DNA of 64,000 nt from assembly GCA_030265395.1 (NCBI GenBank), contig JARFYF010000022.1, forward strand, positions 35,299,731 to 35,363,730, written 5' to 3'. Of this stretch, positions 1 to 64,000 are shown in pieces. Origin of the DNA: Rhina ancylostomus (taxonomy: Eukaryota). Every line of letters begins with the position of its first letter. Position 1 is the first letter of the stretch. The position numbers and the translations under genes are program-made. Under the pieces are notes generated by a model. It was not told the DNA's origin and searched no databases. It saw only the letters and a program-made list of their open reading frames with translations.

Positions 1-805
1 GACCTGCCCCTCACAAAGCCATGCTGACTGTCCCTAATCAGCCTATGCTTCTCCAAATGCCCATAAATCCTGTCTCTGAGAATCTTCTCCAGTAATTTGC
101 CCACCACTGAAGTAAGACTCACTGGCCTGTAATTCCCAGGGTTATCCCTACTTCCTTTCTTAAATGTCAAAGTCTCTCTCTCTGGTGAATACTGAAGCAA
201 AGTGTTCATTAAGGACCTTCCTCACCTCTTCCGACTCCAGGTACATGTTTCCTCTTCTATCCCTGATCGGTCCTCCCCTCCCTCTAGTCATCCTCCTATT
301 CTTCACACACATGTAGAATGTCTTGGGGTTTTCCTTGATCCCACTCACCAAGGACTTCGAATGCCCCCTTCTAGCTCTCTCAAGTCCATTCTTAAGCTCC
401 CTTGTAACTCTCCAGAGCCCTGTCTGATTCATGCTTTCTAAACCTCTCCAAATCTAGCAGCCATTCCTGCCCTTGTGACAGCCGTCTTTGTAATGGCTAC
501 CATCTCATAGTTCCATGTACTTACCCATGCTCTTAAGTTCATCAGCCTTGTTCCTGATACTTCTTGTGTTAAAACATTTTAGCCCATCCAACTGACTACA
601 ATTTTGCCCTTTCAAATGCCTATCCTTCCTCAGTCTTTCTACACTCTGCATCTACTTGTAAAATGAACCAAGCTCTGACCTATCATTCTGGTTCCATCCC
701 CCTACCAAACTAGTTTAACCCTCCCCAACAGTTCTAGCAAACCTGCCTGCAAGAATATTGGTCCCCTTCCAGATCAGGTGTAACCAGTCCCTTTTGTACA
801 GGTCA
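1..805 (-). mobile_element. Internally deleted CR1-clade LINE: ORF1 esterase end, endonuclease start, linker, RT start
   Basis: The reverse strand reads DLYKRDWLHL...GTNILAGRFA (~805-735, SGNH-like ORF1), SIRNKADEL (~560-530, APE start), KENPKTFY...NEHFASVFT (ORF 160..432) and KKGSRDNPGNYRPVSLTSVVGKLLE...QHGFVRGR (160-1). Confidence 0.88.
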
Positions 806-1636
806 TTTGCAGATGATTAATGCAAATTGTAGTAGTGGTGGGTTAAGACTGAGCCCAGAAGCATGCGATTATAGTCCTTTCTCCCATAAGCCCCTCCATC
901 ATGACTCCCCAAACCTTATGTCTTCCAAACTATTTGTTATCCATTCTTATTTTTACCCTTAATTGCCATATCTATGGAACTGTCAAATTCTTCTTGGAAA
1001 CTAGGGTACACCATGTCACTGAGAACACCAAAGTTTAGGTTGTCTATTCGAGTTGAGGTGACTGGCCAGGCAGGACATTGCCTTACTAATTCACAGTAGT
1101 CTAGGTTGCTGCTGAATTTAAAAAAAAGACTCTTCATAAACAATTTTGTTATTTACATGGAATGAAGTGTTTGTAGCTCAAAAAGATGATCAAACAACTA
1201 CAATCTACTGATGTGTCCCTCATGTCTAATACATTCTTCATAAAGGTTGTCGGTAGTTTATAAATCTCTTCCTTACTCTTGTCAGCAAAATACCCCTGAT
1301 AATTACCAGTTACTGACGGAGTTAGATTGTGTCAATCAGGTCATGTAGGTCAATAACCTGAGGGCAGGGAAAGGAAACGTAATCAGCTCCTGATGGCTAC
1401 CACCAACTGGCTGATGCACATGCAAGCATCATGGGTGTAGATGAGATTAGGCTTGGTTCTGACATTTAGTTCACTGCCGTAAGAAACCCAAACATTGAAG
1501 TTTTCCTCTGATAAATGGCAGCTTTGGTGCAGTAGTTTGGACTTTTTTTTTCACTCCTGAAAAGCTTAAGATTTTAGCTCACAACATGGAGACATAACAA
1601 CCAGCAGTTCCACTAGTAAGAAAGCAAGTCACTTAC

Positions 1637-63690
<62,054 letters not shown>

Positions 63691-64000
63691 CTGAGAAAAC
63701 AAAAATGTGGCATAACAGTTAAAAGTTACAGGAATTAAGTGGTGGAATAACTCGGAGCTGAACTTGAAAGACAGATTGAAATGATGATAACAAGAACACA
63801 TGACGTTTTCTTGACCAACTGGCACATTGGAATTGCACTCTGAGACTGTAAATATCGGCTCAGAATGTCACGGACCTCTTAAGAGAAAGAGTATTGCTGG
63901 ACTTTAATTATTTCCTCCTACTTCAATAACAAAATCATACAATTTTCTTCCTTGTGGCTCTGTCAATGCTCTAAAGCAATTATTTGCAGGCAAGGCTCAG

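Overview
Eukaryotic (vertebrate) genomic DNA from a gapped draft assembly. The repeat content (CR1/HER1-type LINEs, HE1/V-SINE-like and Deu-SINE-like elements, Rex1-like LINE ends, Penelope-like termini) points to a cartilaginous fish (shark or ray); this is inference. Almost the whole window lies inside one minus-strand gene, MYRF (myelin regulatory factor). I traced 20 GT-AG coding exons from 63690 down to 1637. They join into one open frame of 2550 nt (~850 codons) with all splice phases compatible. The frame covers the Pro-rich region, KKRK NLS, Ndt80-type DNA-binding domain, ICA/peptidase-S74 autocleavage domain (PSDxRxK), coiled coil, transmembrane helix and part of the ER-luminal domain. 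The first and last exons lie outside the window. Introns are filled with decayed retroelements, often nested. I found no credible novel multi-gene system. The best second-look items are Penelope-derived hammerhead-ribozyme relics and fold-back hairpins, an LF-SINE-like relic next to a DBD exon, candidate alternative or poison splice sites, a luminal RxxR site, and duplications flanking gaps. Human comparisons and exon numbers are from memory, not from a database search.
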